Made by a program: the position numbers and the translations under genes | Origin: Podarcis gaigeae | Taxonomy: Eukaryota | NCBI GenBank assembly: GCA_964106915.2 | Contig: OZ066915.1 | Strand: one strand, 5' to 3' | DNA: 64,000 bases | Notes under the pieces: generated by a model | Seen by the model: only the letters and a program-made list of their open reading frames with translations | The model's database searches: none | What the model was told of the DNA's origin: nothing | Part shown: piece by piece, positions 10,866-21,742 of the stretch | Position numbering within the stretch: the stretch's first letter is position 1 | How the letters are laid out: each line of letters starts with the position of its first letter

Positions 10866-13800
10866 AAGTATTTTTAAAACAGTTGGTTTTTGTGTGTTTC
10901 TTTAGTAGGTTGAGGCAGCTGCACCAAAGGGAGATGGTGCTCCACTTGCTTCTAACAGCCCATCTCCCAAACTCTGTCACTGCTCAGTTTACTGACTCAT
11001 TTCGAGAATGTTGCTGATGTTCTTCTGCTTTCTTGGCTGGTTCCAGCACAGCAGAGTGTACGCCAAGCAGAGAAATGTGAGATCTGTTTCTTTGTTGTTT
11101 CGCAGCTGCTCAGAAAAATCACAAAATATCCCTTTGATTTACTGCATAGAAAAGTTGTTCATCATCAGCTTAAGGCTGAGAGCAACTTGCCCAAGTTAGA
11201 GTAGGTGTTTTGCAAGAGCATGAGGAGGAAGAATATTCCTGTGAAATGGAATGTACACACTTGACCCCAAGTGTACTTAACTTAATAGTAGCTGAAACTT
11301 GACATTTTGGTGAGTATTCCTGCTCTGAGAGATCTTGCGGACGAGTAGTTCTATTTGCTGTGAATTTTGTAATACGTAAGATAAGTTCCTAAGTGAGTGG
11401 AAGGAGGCATTCACCCATGTAATCTGGGTGGCTGCTCCCAGACTCTGGAGAAGGTAGACTGGCTCCCTCTTAGCGGTCTTCCCACTAGCAAATGGAAGAC
11501 CTTGTTCCAACAGGTTTTGCAGAATTGACTGCTTTTAGTGAAAGGGCTGGTGTTGTGTTTTTGTGTGTGTGATTATTTGTATGTTTAAAACCAATTATAT
11601 ATATGTATCAAATTTTAATTCTATTAATATTTAATTCTTTTTTAATAGCCCCCCCCCTTGTTTTTAGCAATTATTCTTTTTATCTATAAGCTGCCCTGAG
11701 TCCCATTTGGGGGGTGGGGGGAGTGAGGTATAAATAAATACATAATATGAATCCTGTTCATGTTCCCAGAATCAAGCCAGAGCTGCCATGCACATAATGG
11801 GACACAGTTATGGATCCTGTTCTTGTTCCTGTATGAGAGCCGTTTCATTCTGAATCTCTTTATTCTCAGCACTAAGAACAGCTTGTGGCTAACTAGTTTT
11901 AGGCAACTGTAGACCACAGTCTACTTCATCATAGGTGTGATAGGATGTGGGTTTCTTTAATAAGCTTGATGTGACATTCTGGCACATTGAGGTGAGGGGA
12001 ACACTAGGAGGAAGACACAGAAGTTCACATGTTCTGCACATGATAGCAAGTCTGGCAGGTGAGGTCATAAGAAATATGGGTTGAGTGGCAAGGTCTCCTC
12101 ATAGCAAAGCTACCCCCCAACTGCTTTGCTAGGACTGCAACTCAACCCAGCTTATTTTCAGCCCACATTCTTACCATACCAGTTTGGCCATGGGTCTTTG
12201 AGGGCTCAATTCATGCAATATCCCCTCCACTTTTACCTACTTACTTAATCTTCCTGTAAACTATTATGTGTGGCATAGTGGCCTGTTTTCTAGATTGGAA
12301 CATGCACTCTTGTTGTCTTTCATATTGGTTGTAAAAAAATTGTCTTTCAGTCTTGTAAAAAAAAGTGTGCTTTACCTCCAGGGGCATTCATTTTCAAGCT
12401 AATATGTCCGCTCACCTATTACACTTCAACCATGTGTATCTACTGGTAGTCCCTATGGTGAAGCAGCAGTGTGCATCTCCCATCGGTTGGGGGAACAGGA
12501 CATGATTGTGTGCCAATAGGTTGGGACTCCCAACCACTTGCCTAATTGTGTGTATGGAAATGGACGTCTCCCCATCACCCCTTCTGTTCAGCCTTGCAAA
12601 CCCCAATGTGTGTGTAGCAAGCAGGTGTGTAAATTATGAATCAACCCCAGCCGATAAGCATGCGTTCAGTTTCTAGATAAAGGTCACTGTACTGAGTTAG
12701 TCAAGCCTTTTCCTTAAGCGTTTGTGGTAGCCAGCTTGACGACAAGAATACAAGTTTGCGTCTCTGGAATGTGCAAGGGACAAGTCGGAGCAAAGGCAGG
12801 AATGCAGACCCCTCATAAAAAGGGAGATATTGTCTGTAGGCAGCTTGTAAGATCACCCTAATTGCTCTAAACTTAACCAGCAGTATATAATCGTTAACTT
12901 CGCTGCAACTCTGTGGGAGGGCCAGAGCCAAAGGAATGTGATTGCCAGTTCCACAAAACAGCAAGTGCTGGCTTGTGCGCAGTCAAGTCTTCCTGCCCAT
13001 TGCTTCAGACTCTTGTTTTCATTGATGCTGCATGCCTTGGTTGTATTATGGCTATAACTGGGGGTGCCACCTTCTTTTCGTGAGAGCCTCCATGCCTTCA
13101 GCAGCTGTGAGATAACCAGGCATTAAATAGGTTTTGCCAAGGATGGGGAATGCGAAACATGCTGAATTCCTGCCTGTCAACACAGCTATGGAAGCTTCTG
13201 TTTTCCATTTGGGATTGCCACCCTTTCTCAGTCTCTGTCTTGGGGTCTCTTGGTGCTTAAAAGGAGATGGCAATCATTGCCTACTGGGTAGATTTTGGTG
13301 CTGCTTAGCTTGCTTTTGAAGGTAACTCTGAATATCAATCAGTTCAGCTGGAGCACTGGAAGGAGGTAAGGTGGCTTTGCAAATGAATGGACTTCAAACT
13401 TTGAAGACACAGGTATGTTGCCTGTTTTTTTTTTAAGTAACACACACACACCAGATGTTTGCATCTTGATCCTATTGGTATTTAGCAAAACCTTCCATTC
13501 TCAGTCTTTTTGGGTCTTGAAGGTAATGACCTAGTTGCTTGAAGACTTTATCCATGAGACAGCAAAGATAACAAATTGTAATTCCATCTTGTGGAAAATA
13601 ATGTTGCCCCTTAGATTACATAAATTGGTTATAAGGCCCTGGAACCATTTTTCATGATTACAGGGGACAGATGCTCTCTAGGGGCGGGGGGAGTCTGCTG
13701 TGTTTATGCAGGGATAAACACAGCTTCTGTATTCTGACCAGGTTTTACACTCGCACACCATCATGTCCCAGAATGCCAGCCTTGTAATGGGTCCCCCCCC

Positions 13801-16047
13801 CCCACTTTCCCAGCTTTTGCCAATGTATTCTTGCAAAATCCAGGAAGTGGAAGAAGAATTCATTCGATGATGTTTGTATATCAGTGCCAGCAAGGAAATG
13901 AACATACATTTTGGCCTTGTGTTGGAAACTAAATACCTGACTTTCCCTGGCGATTGTGACCAAAAGGTGTGGTAAGCCCCTCCCCTTCCCATGCCTGTTA
14001 AAAGTGGAAGCTAGGATTGGACCTCCTCTCTAATCCTTTGTTTTTTTTATCTATAAGCATAGGACAGAAAAGTTTGACTTGTTAAGGCAGGCGGAGGAAC
14101 TACTTCAACGTTGTCTGAATGAATACTGAAAATTGCATGGTGTATAACCAACCAAAAATAAAATAAATTGAAGCTGTAGTGATGGGTTGAACGTGAATGC
14201 TTGCTATCTCAACATTTCCCAGGCCATCTTTCATGTCTTACTATTCTCCCATCATGGCTTAAATGGATGATTAAATATTGTGTAAATCTAAGTTGCAGCT
14301 TTTAATCATCTGGAGGGCCACAAGGTTCCACTATCTGATCTAGATCAATCTTGCGGCTGATGCTTGGGGGAGCATCTTGCTGCCCACCCAGTCTGCCTCT
14401 TTTCCTATATGTAGCAGCAGCCCAGGACCAAAGGATAAGGTGGTAGCAGCAAAGATCCTTCTACTCACTCCTCCTTTTCATGACCCTTTGTTTTGTTCCT
14501 GCTCCCATCCCTGCTGTATAGCACAGAGAAAAATGGCTGGGCCTGGGCAGGGGGAGAATCGATAAAACCAGGAGAGGACCTGCTGAAGGGAGCTGTGTCT
14601 GTGCTTCTCCTGCAACATTAGAGCTATGTGCCTGTTCTCTAGATTTGAGTCAACACCATGCACAGAGATTGCGATGGCAGTGGCAGCAGCTCCTGAAAAC
14701 TGTGCTACAGATGTTGATGAGCTACAAGTCTCATCAGCCCCAGCCAGCATGGCAAATGATCATGGATCATGAGAGCTGTGGTCCTGCAAATGTTTCTGGA
14801 CTACACGATCCATATCCCTAAAGGAAAGATGGGGAACATTTGCTATTGAGGGCTGCATTCTCTTACAGGTAATTGTTCAGGGAAACAGGGCAGCTGTGGG
14901 CAGGGCTGAGGCCAGCAGGGGAGAAGAACCACTTCTTTTCTTCCACCCTTTCTCCCTGCTCAGCTGGCTGCCGGAGAAGTAGATAGCTGTTACCAGGAGT
15001 CTAACCTGGTTCTCTTGCAGAAGGCCTTTGGAATTAGGCTAGGTCTGCCAGTGGCCCACCCCAGTCTAGATCATAGTTTCTCATGTGGTGCTCCACAAAC
15101 TCCATTCAGGTTGTCAAGCAGTTTAGAGTATCTGTATTTGGCTCTGCAATTGATTTATTCTTTGTGGCGACTGAGATTAAGGCTTTTGACCTGAGGTTAC
15201 AGCTGACAAACATGACACCTGAGACTACAGAACTTCGCTCAGAAAAACAGGCACATCCATCGCAGTTGGAAAACAAAGACTACTCTTATGGTCTGTCAAG
15301 AACCTCCATGCACCCTATTTTTACACGGTCCATGAGTTTGTGGTAAGGGGGACGTCTGAGAGCCACTGATCTTGGTGGTTATGGCTTTCAGTAGGTGACA
15401 ATATTGAAATGCTAGGTCAATCTGTGTCACATGAAAAATATTTAATTTAGAAAGTTTTTTAAATCTTGCTCCCGCTTAATAAGAGAGGTAGCTTGACGTA
15501 TACAAACAGACAGACAGACACACATCAGTTAAACAGTTACCAATCACATTTGGAGGACTCCTATCTGGTTCAAGTAGGAAATGTTTCTTCTGTATAAATA
15601 ATCTGCTTAAATACAGTACAGTTCTCTTAAAGGTGACTGTGCCATTATTTAACTGTTATAAATATCAGATCCTGACTGAATTATCTTTTGCTTTTTTTAA
15701 AAAAAACAATTAGAAAACTACTGTTCTTGTCACAGTTTAGGAAAATATGCACCGCTGAATATTAAAGCTGCAGCTATGCTGGTGAAGAGAGTTACAAAAC
15801 TTTAAAAGAAAATCTTCAGTGTATTGGAAGAATAGAATCCTGCATAGGTCATGGAAGTTGTTGGAGGGTAAAATCCATATGTGCTCACTTTTCCAGATGA
15901 ACGCAACAAGGAGAAAGAACATCAGTGGGAGCCACAGATCACTTCACAACACCTTTGTCACCAAGCACCATGCTTGTCTTGGTCTTCCCTTCACCCCTGT
16001 GGGCTTCACACAAAAAATCCACATGTATCACAACTGGTCCAAATGGC

Positions 16048-16440
16048 TCACAAACAACACCCCCACAGTGCGGACAGGAGCAACCCAAGAATTAACCAAT
16101 TACTTGTCCGCAGCCAGAAGCCCTGTCCCCGGACAGAGCAGCGCTCTCCATTCCAGCCCTGGTAACAGTGACACACAAACTCTTCTCTCATTTTGTCCTC
16201 CTGCCAACGTCTCAATTGCCCCCTCACCAGCACTTGGGTTTGGTTGCCCTCTGCTACTGTTTGGATCTGGAAGGAGTCAGGGCTGAGGTGCAAATAGCTG
16301 TCCGAGTCCATCCATCGGCGAATGCAGCGGCCGTGGCTGTTGCAGATCTTCTGGCTGCAAAGTTTGGTCGCCATGGTCACGTTGACAATATAAGGGCCTA
16401 AGGTGCTATTCAGGTAGTCCTGAATCTTTAAGCAGTTGGT
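16048..16440 (-). CDS. Hyaluronidase last coding exon (EGF-like domain plus GPI-type tail)
   Basis: cgcAG acceptor; TNCLKIQDYLNSTLGPYIVNVT...CHCYQGWNGERC...LILGLLLSALWGCCL*. Confidence 0.95.
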   Translation of the reverse strand, partial: TNCLKIQDYLNSTLGPYIVNVTMATKLCSQKICNSHGRCIRRWMDSDSYLHLSPDSFQIQTVAEGNQTQVLVRGQLRRWQEDKMREEFVCHCYQGWNGERCSVRGQGFWLRTSNWLILGLLLSALWGCCL

Positions 16441-18627
16441 CTGCGAGGGAAACAGTTATTACAAGAGTTAATAGAGAGCTACAAATGCCAGAGAAAGTCT
16501 GTGATGCAAAACTAAATAAATTATTAGAAAATACTGGAATTTAATGGTATTGGGACTTGTTTATTCCTATTTGACTAGCACTTAAAATGTCCTAATTGAG
16601 GTTGGAGTCCTGTGGAATTGAATTATTATTATTATTATTATTAATACTCCACCCATCTGGCTGAGTTTCCCCAGCCACTCTAGGTGGCTCCCAATCTAAT
16701 ATTAAAAACAATACAGCATTAAATATTAAAAACTTCCCTAAACAGGGCTGCCTTCAGATGTCTTTTAAAAGTAGGAAAGTTGCTTATTTCCTTGACATCT
16801 GGTGGGAGGGCGTTCCACAGGGCAGGTGCCACTACCGAGAAGGCCCTCTGCCTGGTTCCCTGTAACCTCACTTCTCGCAGTGAGGGAACCGCCAGAAGGC
16901 CCTCAACGCTGGATCTCAGTGTCCTGACTGAACAATGGGGGGTGGAGATGATCCTTCAGGTATACATGACCAAGGCCACAAAATCCTTGCAAAGGGGTTG
17001 ATTCTGCCTTAAAATTATTCCCTTAGCATCACATGGGCGGGTCTGTGACAGGAGAGGTTTTGTAGTTCATTCTGTAACTTAAATATAGCACCTGAACACT
17101 GGCTGCATAACAATGCCTAGCCCAATTTTTTCATGACAGTGGCAAATCTGTATCAGGGGTGCATCATTTCAGATTGTAGGAACAGGGTTTTTTTAAAAAA
17201 ATACCCCTGGCAAGAGCTAGGATGTCAAGGAAAAGACTAGTCTAGAATCCTCCCTGACATCTTTTTTTTTTTTTTTACACACAAGGAATTTGTGTATCTG
17301 CAGATGTGCATATATAGAAGAGCAAGCAGCAGTGTGTGAAGTTAGAACATTTTAAATACCCCATGGTACTCTCTGCTAGTCTTTTAAGTAGCCAGTATAC
17401 AAAGTAGAACCTCTGCTTCCTCCCTTTGCCCATCACCTGATGCTGAACAATAAACAAGAGAGATAAAAGAAAAGAATGAGTAAGAAAAGCAGCCTCAAGG
17501 GCTACTATTAAAATTACCCGGTTGCGAGAATACTCTGCGTCTCCCCAGAGTACAATGCCATGAGCCCCCATGGCTGCAGCCTGCCCAATGGTGTACACCA
17601 AGTCTGTCTAGAACAACAGAAACCAGCACACATTAATTTGCAAGTTTACGGTAAATACCTATGCTGTTTCTGGTGGATGTCGAGCACCAGAATATATTTG
17701 GTATAATATTTCTCATAGAACTGTTCCCCATACATACAAAGATCTGAGTCAGTTGGCTTATAAAAAAAGGAAGCTTCTACATGAGTTTATAAATCATAAT
17801 GTTGAACTAAATAAACACAGTTACGAATCTGGGTTTCTTTTTGTTTGACTTCTCATTTCTGAAGCTTTGGGACGAAGCCTTCTAGATATTGTTGGACTTC
17901 AACTCCAGCCTGCATGGCCAGTGGTCAGTATAATGAGAGTTGTAATCCAATAAGATCTGGAGGGCCCAGGTCCAGGTTAGCCACCCTGCTTCAAGACATT
18001 TACCAGTATTTCCCTTTGTTCAACCATGAGGGCTACAAACTTACAGGCAACTCACACGCTACTTGTATGAAATCAAGCCCTCTAATTCATGTTTTTCAGA
18101 AGTGGTCAGTACAGGCAGCAAGGGCTGGGAAAGAAGAGCCAAGAGTATTGGTAGCAATTCCCAGCTATTCACTAAAGCTTTAGCAAGGGCACCACATTCT
18201 ACTGCTGCCTTCTCTTTGGTACTGCCCCCATGGATAAGCGAGTTGCTGGCAACTTCTGGATCGCATCTCCTTTTGAATTAAAAGCAAAGACCACCAGGAA
18301 TCTGACATTCGCTTGCAGTTTAGATGAAGAAGGTATTGAAATGTTTGCAATAAATATTGTGCTTTAATCCAAACAAAATAGGTCTCTCCCAATAGCCCTC
18401 TCACCCTCTATTTGGTTGCATCACCATGGCCAGGAGTGAAGTTGGTGGCAACTCACAGTCCTGAGATAAACTCAGAAATCAATTAACACCTTATCTCTTT
18501 TCCATTCCTCTTTGCCACAAGGCTCCTTCCTTCACTGGCTACCATTGATCAAGAGCTCTAACTAAGACTCAGACTCAGTTCACAACTTCGCTGAGCAGTA
18601 AATCTATTGGGCCTCAAAGCATGGACA

Positions 18628-18672
<45 letters not shown>

Positions 18673-19725
18673 GTGCAGTTTAGGAGCAAAGGTAGGGAAG
18701 AGGGCAAGTATCTCACCTGAGACAACTCCTTCATCGTGTAGGTGTAGAACGGCCTGGCATATGCAAAGACAGGGAGGGAATGTTGAACAGAAGGCAGCTC
18801 CGCGACTCTCAGGGCTTCCCCCACTTTGGCCCACACAAACTTCTTCCCTTGCGGAGAGGTTCTCAGGGCCTCCTCCATGTAGATGGAAGGGTAGAGGGCT
18901 TTGCTGTTCTCCCAGAGCCAGATCAGCTCGTTGTTGCGCTGCACTTCCAGCGGAGGGCAGTGCCCTGTGAAGTTCTCAAAACTATCCAAATAGTGGTAGT
19001 TGTAGCACTCTGGGAAGAGGTAGTAGCCCCACCAGCCCTGGGGGCGGAGAGAGCGGGCCAGCTGCAGGGTCTTAGACATGAATTCCTGGGCGGCCGTCTC
19101 AAATTCCCACTTAGCCTGCACTTCGGCCTGGGCGTCTGACAAATGGCGATTCTTTTGCCTGACGAGCTGGACAGACATGTTCCGATAGACGTTTTTCTTG
19201 TCCCAGTTCCTGACCCACAGGGGCCTCCAGTTCTCCCAGTCTATCACAGAGAGGCCCGCAAAGGAGCTGGAGGGCATGGCTGCCGTCAGGTCGCTCTCCA
19301 TCTGCTCCAAGTGCCTTGTCAGGCTGGCGTTCTGAGGGCAGCCGCCGTTGACGGCAGTGGGCGGCACCGTTGTGTTCAAGTAGTAGGGATACAAGCCCAG
19401 CTGGTCGTAGTAGAAGATTGTGACGTTGTCGCCCACAAAGACTTCCTGGGCATTTGCCAGGATGCTGTAGGAGTCCAAGCGGAGGGGCACCCCGTAGGCA
19501 GCCGAGCACCGGGCGGTGGGCGCATTCCAGGCCACCAGAAAGGGGCTCTCTTTGACAATGGGAGGCAAGGACGGCTTCAGGTTGGGAGATGCCACAGGCA
19601 GGTCTGGGAACAAGAGCAGGAGCAGCAGGAGGGCATGGCGGCTGAAGGGCTGGCACAGCCTCAAGGGTGCGGATGCCCACACGGGTGGCCCGGCTGAGCA
19701 CGAGGGTGCTGCGTCGCATGCAATG
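16048..19725 (-). CDS. Hyaluronidase (glycoside hydrolase family 56, HYAL1/HYAL2-like, predicted GPI-anchored): core exons 19725..18717, 17607..17518, 16440..16048; start codon probably in an upstream exon
   Basis: Family motifs PFLVAWNAPT, NVTIFYYDQLGLYPY, VNGGCPQNASL, VIDWENWRPLW (catalytic D-x-E), WGYYLFPECYNY, ALYPSIY, the conserved 90-nt exon DLVYTIGQAAAMGAHGIVLWG, LGPYIVNVT...CSQKICNSHGRC, EGF-like FVCHCYQGWNGERC, and a hydrophobic C-terminus. Typical HYAL three-exon layout with phase-0 introns. Confidence 0.95.
16621..16978 (-). mobile_element. L2 LINE 3' fragment in a hyaluronidase intron
   Basis: Minus-strand RAFSVVAPALWNALP motif plus (TAA)n tail. Confidence 0.85.
17518..17607 (-). 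CDS. Hyaluronidase 90-nt exon
   Basis: ttctAG acceptor, GTAAT donor; TDLVYTIGQAAAMGAHGIVLWGDAEYSRNR. Confidence 0.95.
18630..18670. repeat. (CA)n microsatellite
   Basis: About 20 perfect units. Confidence 0.97.
18717..19725 (-). CDS. Hyaluronidase large catalytic exon (1009 nt)
   Basis: Acceptor ttgtctttcctgcAG (AG = 19727-26); frame open from 19724 (IACDAAPSC...); donor CAG|GTGAGA after ELSQ. Confidence 0.92.
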
Positions 19726-21018
19726 CTGCAGGAAAGACAAGAGGCCCGTCAAGAGTTACATGAGCATGATGCTGACTGGCCAGGTATTCTAAAACAAACC
19801 CAACCATATTCCAGTTTGGAACTGTGGTTAACAGCTAACAAATCAGTTTCCCCATGCAGCAATGTTCGGAACTCCCCAGGTGCATTTTGCTACTGCCACA
19901 GGTCCAATTTGTGGGATGGAAGCACCCAAAATGCTAATTCAACAGGTTAATGCTCACAAGGGCTATAGAAATCTGTGCTGTCACACGCCCAGAGGCAGTT
20001 ATTTCAGTTGGTACAGTTATGGCAGTTAATCTTTCATGTGAGAGCAGCTGAACTGTTGTGCTGCTGACTGTCTCAGAGTTAGTCTGTAATAGTATTTATC
20101 TTAGATATGTAAGATGTATTAGCAATGTAAGTTAACACCTACCTACGTTGCATATTTTAGTTTGCAAGTTGCAAGTACATTAAGTAAAAGTTATACGTTG
20201 TTTAAGCTTTAAAAGAGTGTGTCTTGGATAGTTTTGGGGGAAAGCAAAGTGATTAAAGGGTCAAACGCCCCAGGTGTTTAATTCCCCCACAACTGCAGGC
20301 CCAATTGCAGAAATCTACGTGGAGATTTCTGGGCACCATGTTGGCAATTGACATCTCCATCAAGCCAGCTAACTTGTGTGCAGCAAAAGACAAGCATCTT
20401 GTTCCTCTGTGCGAACCATGAACCCTTTGCTGGGCATCTTAGGCCTCCATCATCCCATCAAGGAAAGTCAGTGCAGATATATGTGACTGCGTTGCAGCCT
20501 TTCCACAAGTCACCCAAATGGAACTCAGATCACAGTTTAAAAACTTCTGCCTTAGCCCACAGTTAATACTATTTCCATTTCCCCTGTGTGTGTCTTTCTC
20601 CTTCTTGCATACTGGGACAAATGAACTGTTGTAAGAGCAAGCTACAGTCACGCAAAGTAGTTGAGATCCCAGAAATGTAGAACTGTAGCAACCTCCTGGC
20701 AAACAGACAAGCGCAACCTAAGTTTAAGGTGCCATTTGGCGCAACTGAGTTTCTAACACTGCACAGTGTGACTGCTCCCCAGTCACCGCCTGCCTGCCTC
20801 CTTATTTGCAAACAGTCTAGTGGTTGACACTGGCTGCCAGCAACCTCCTTGCTCTTAGAACCCAGCAGAGGAAGATGGGGCAAAATTAGAATGAGTTTGC
20901 TCTGCCTGTCTTCAGCCCTGGCTCAGTCTACTGTTGGCCACCCTGCCTCCTGCCTCACTAGTGCTATATATGTAAAGCCTTCTTTATCATAAATGTTTTC
21001 ATCCGACAGCCACGTTAC

Positions 21019-21145
21019 AATCATAGAACTGTAGAGTTGGAAGGCAGTGAATGCAAACCTCCAAGAAAGGAGAGCCTGACCACCCCTTGTGGGAGTCTGT
21101 TCCACCGTCAAACAGCTCTTGCCGTCAGAAAGTTCTTCCTTTCGC
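21019..21145 (-). mobile_element. CR1 3'-end remnant
   Basis: aatcatagaactgtagagttggaagg...ttccaccgtcaaacagctcttgccgtcagaaagttcttcct. Confidence 0.65.
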
Positions 21146-21601
21146 TTGTGAGCATCACAGAGCCTCTGAAGACTCCAGCTGCAAAAAGCGCAAATGAAAC
21201 CTTGCCCCTTCCCTTGTTTTTGTCTGACATCCTAGGGTCAGGGGTCAAAAGCAGACTGGGTAGGAACAGGACAACTGGTGGCAAGCTGAGGATAATGGAT
21301 GAGTGGTGGCTTTTTAATGGCTCCATTCTCTCCAAATCAGGTCTGAAAGGAAAGCTGCCTTTTTGTTAATTGCGGAGGCTGCAAGAGGTTTCCCTCCAGC
21401 TAATTTGCAGAGTAATTTAATTTGCAGCATACATGAGGGAGGGAAGGAGAGCTGCTGTTACTCCTTAGAGGCCAATCGGCTCCAGGGTCACAAATCTGCT
21501 CCCAGTGCTATTTATCCAAGTGTAGGGTAAATGGTGGCCTCACTTTGCTGTGTTACTATAGCCCTGTCTGTTTTGTCATTAGCAGTTTTCTCTGTTTAAA
21601 A

Positions 21602-21742
21602 CAGGGATGGGGAACCTGCCTTAGCAAGACTCCAGCTCCCATCAGCCCCAGCCAGCATGGCTAGTGGTCAGGGATGATGGGAGCTTGAGTCCAACAACCA
21701 CCTTTGGAATACAGCCTAGAGGGCCACATGTTCCTTAGCCCA
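21602..21742. mobile_element. hAT-like MITE
   Basis: CAGGGATGGGGAAC end; same gctcccatcagcccc/gggatgatgggag core as the 4639 copy. Confidence 0.7.

Noticed and set aside
19680-19682. ORF-track 'Met' for the 374-aa hyaluronidase ORF
   Set aside because: The codon is GTG inside an exon whose frame is open further upstream to the acceptor; there is no evidence it is the start
18671-19950. Several antisense and alternative-frame ORFs (119-213 aa) over the hyaluronidase exon
   Set aside because: Expected shadows of a GC-rich coding exon; no recognisable protein features
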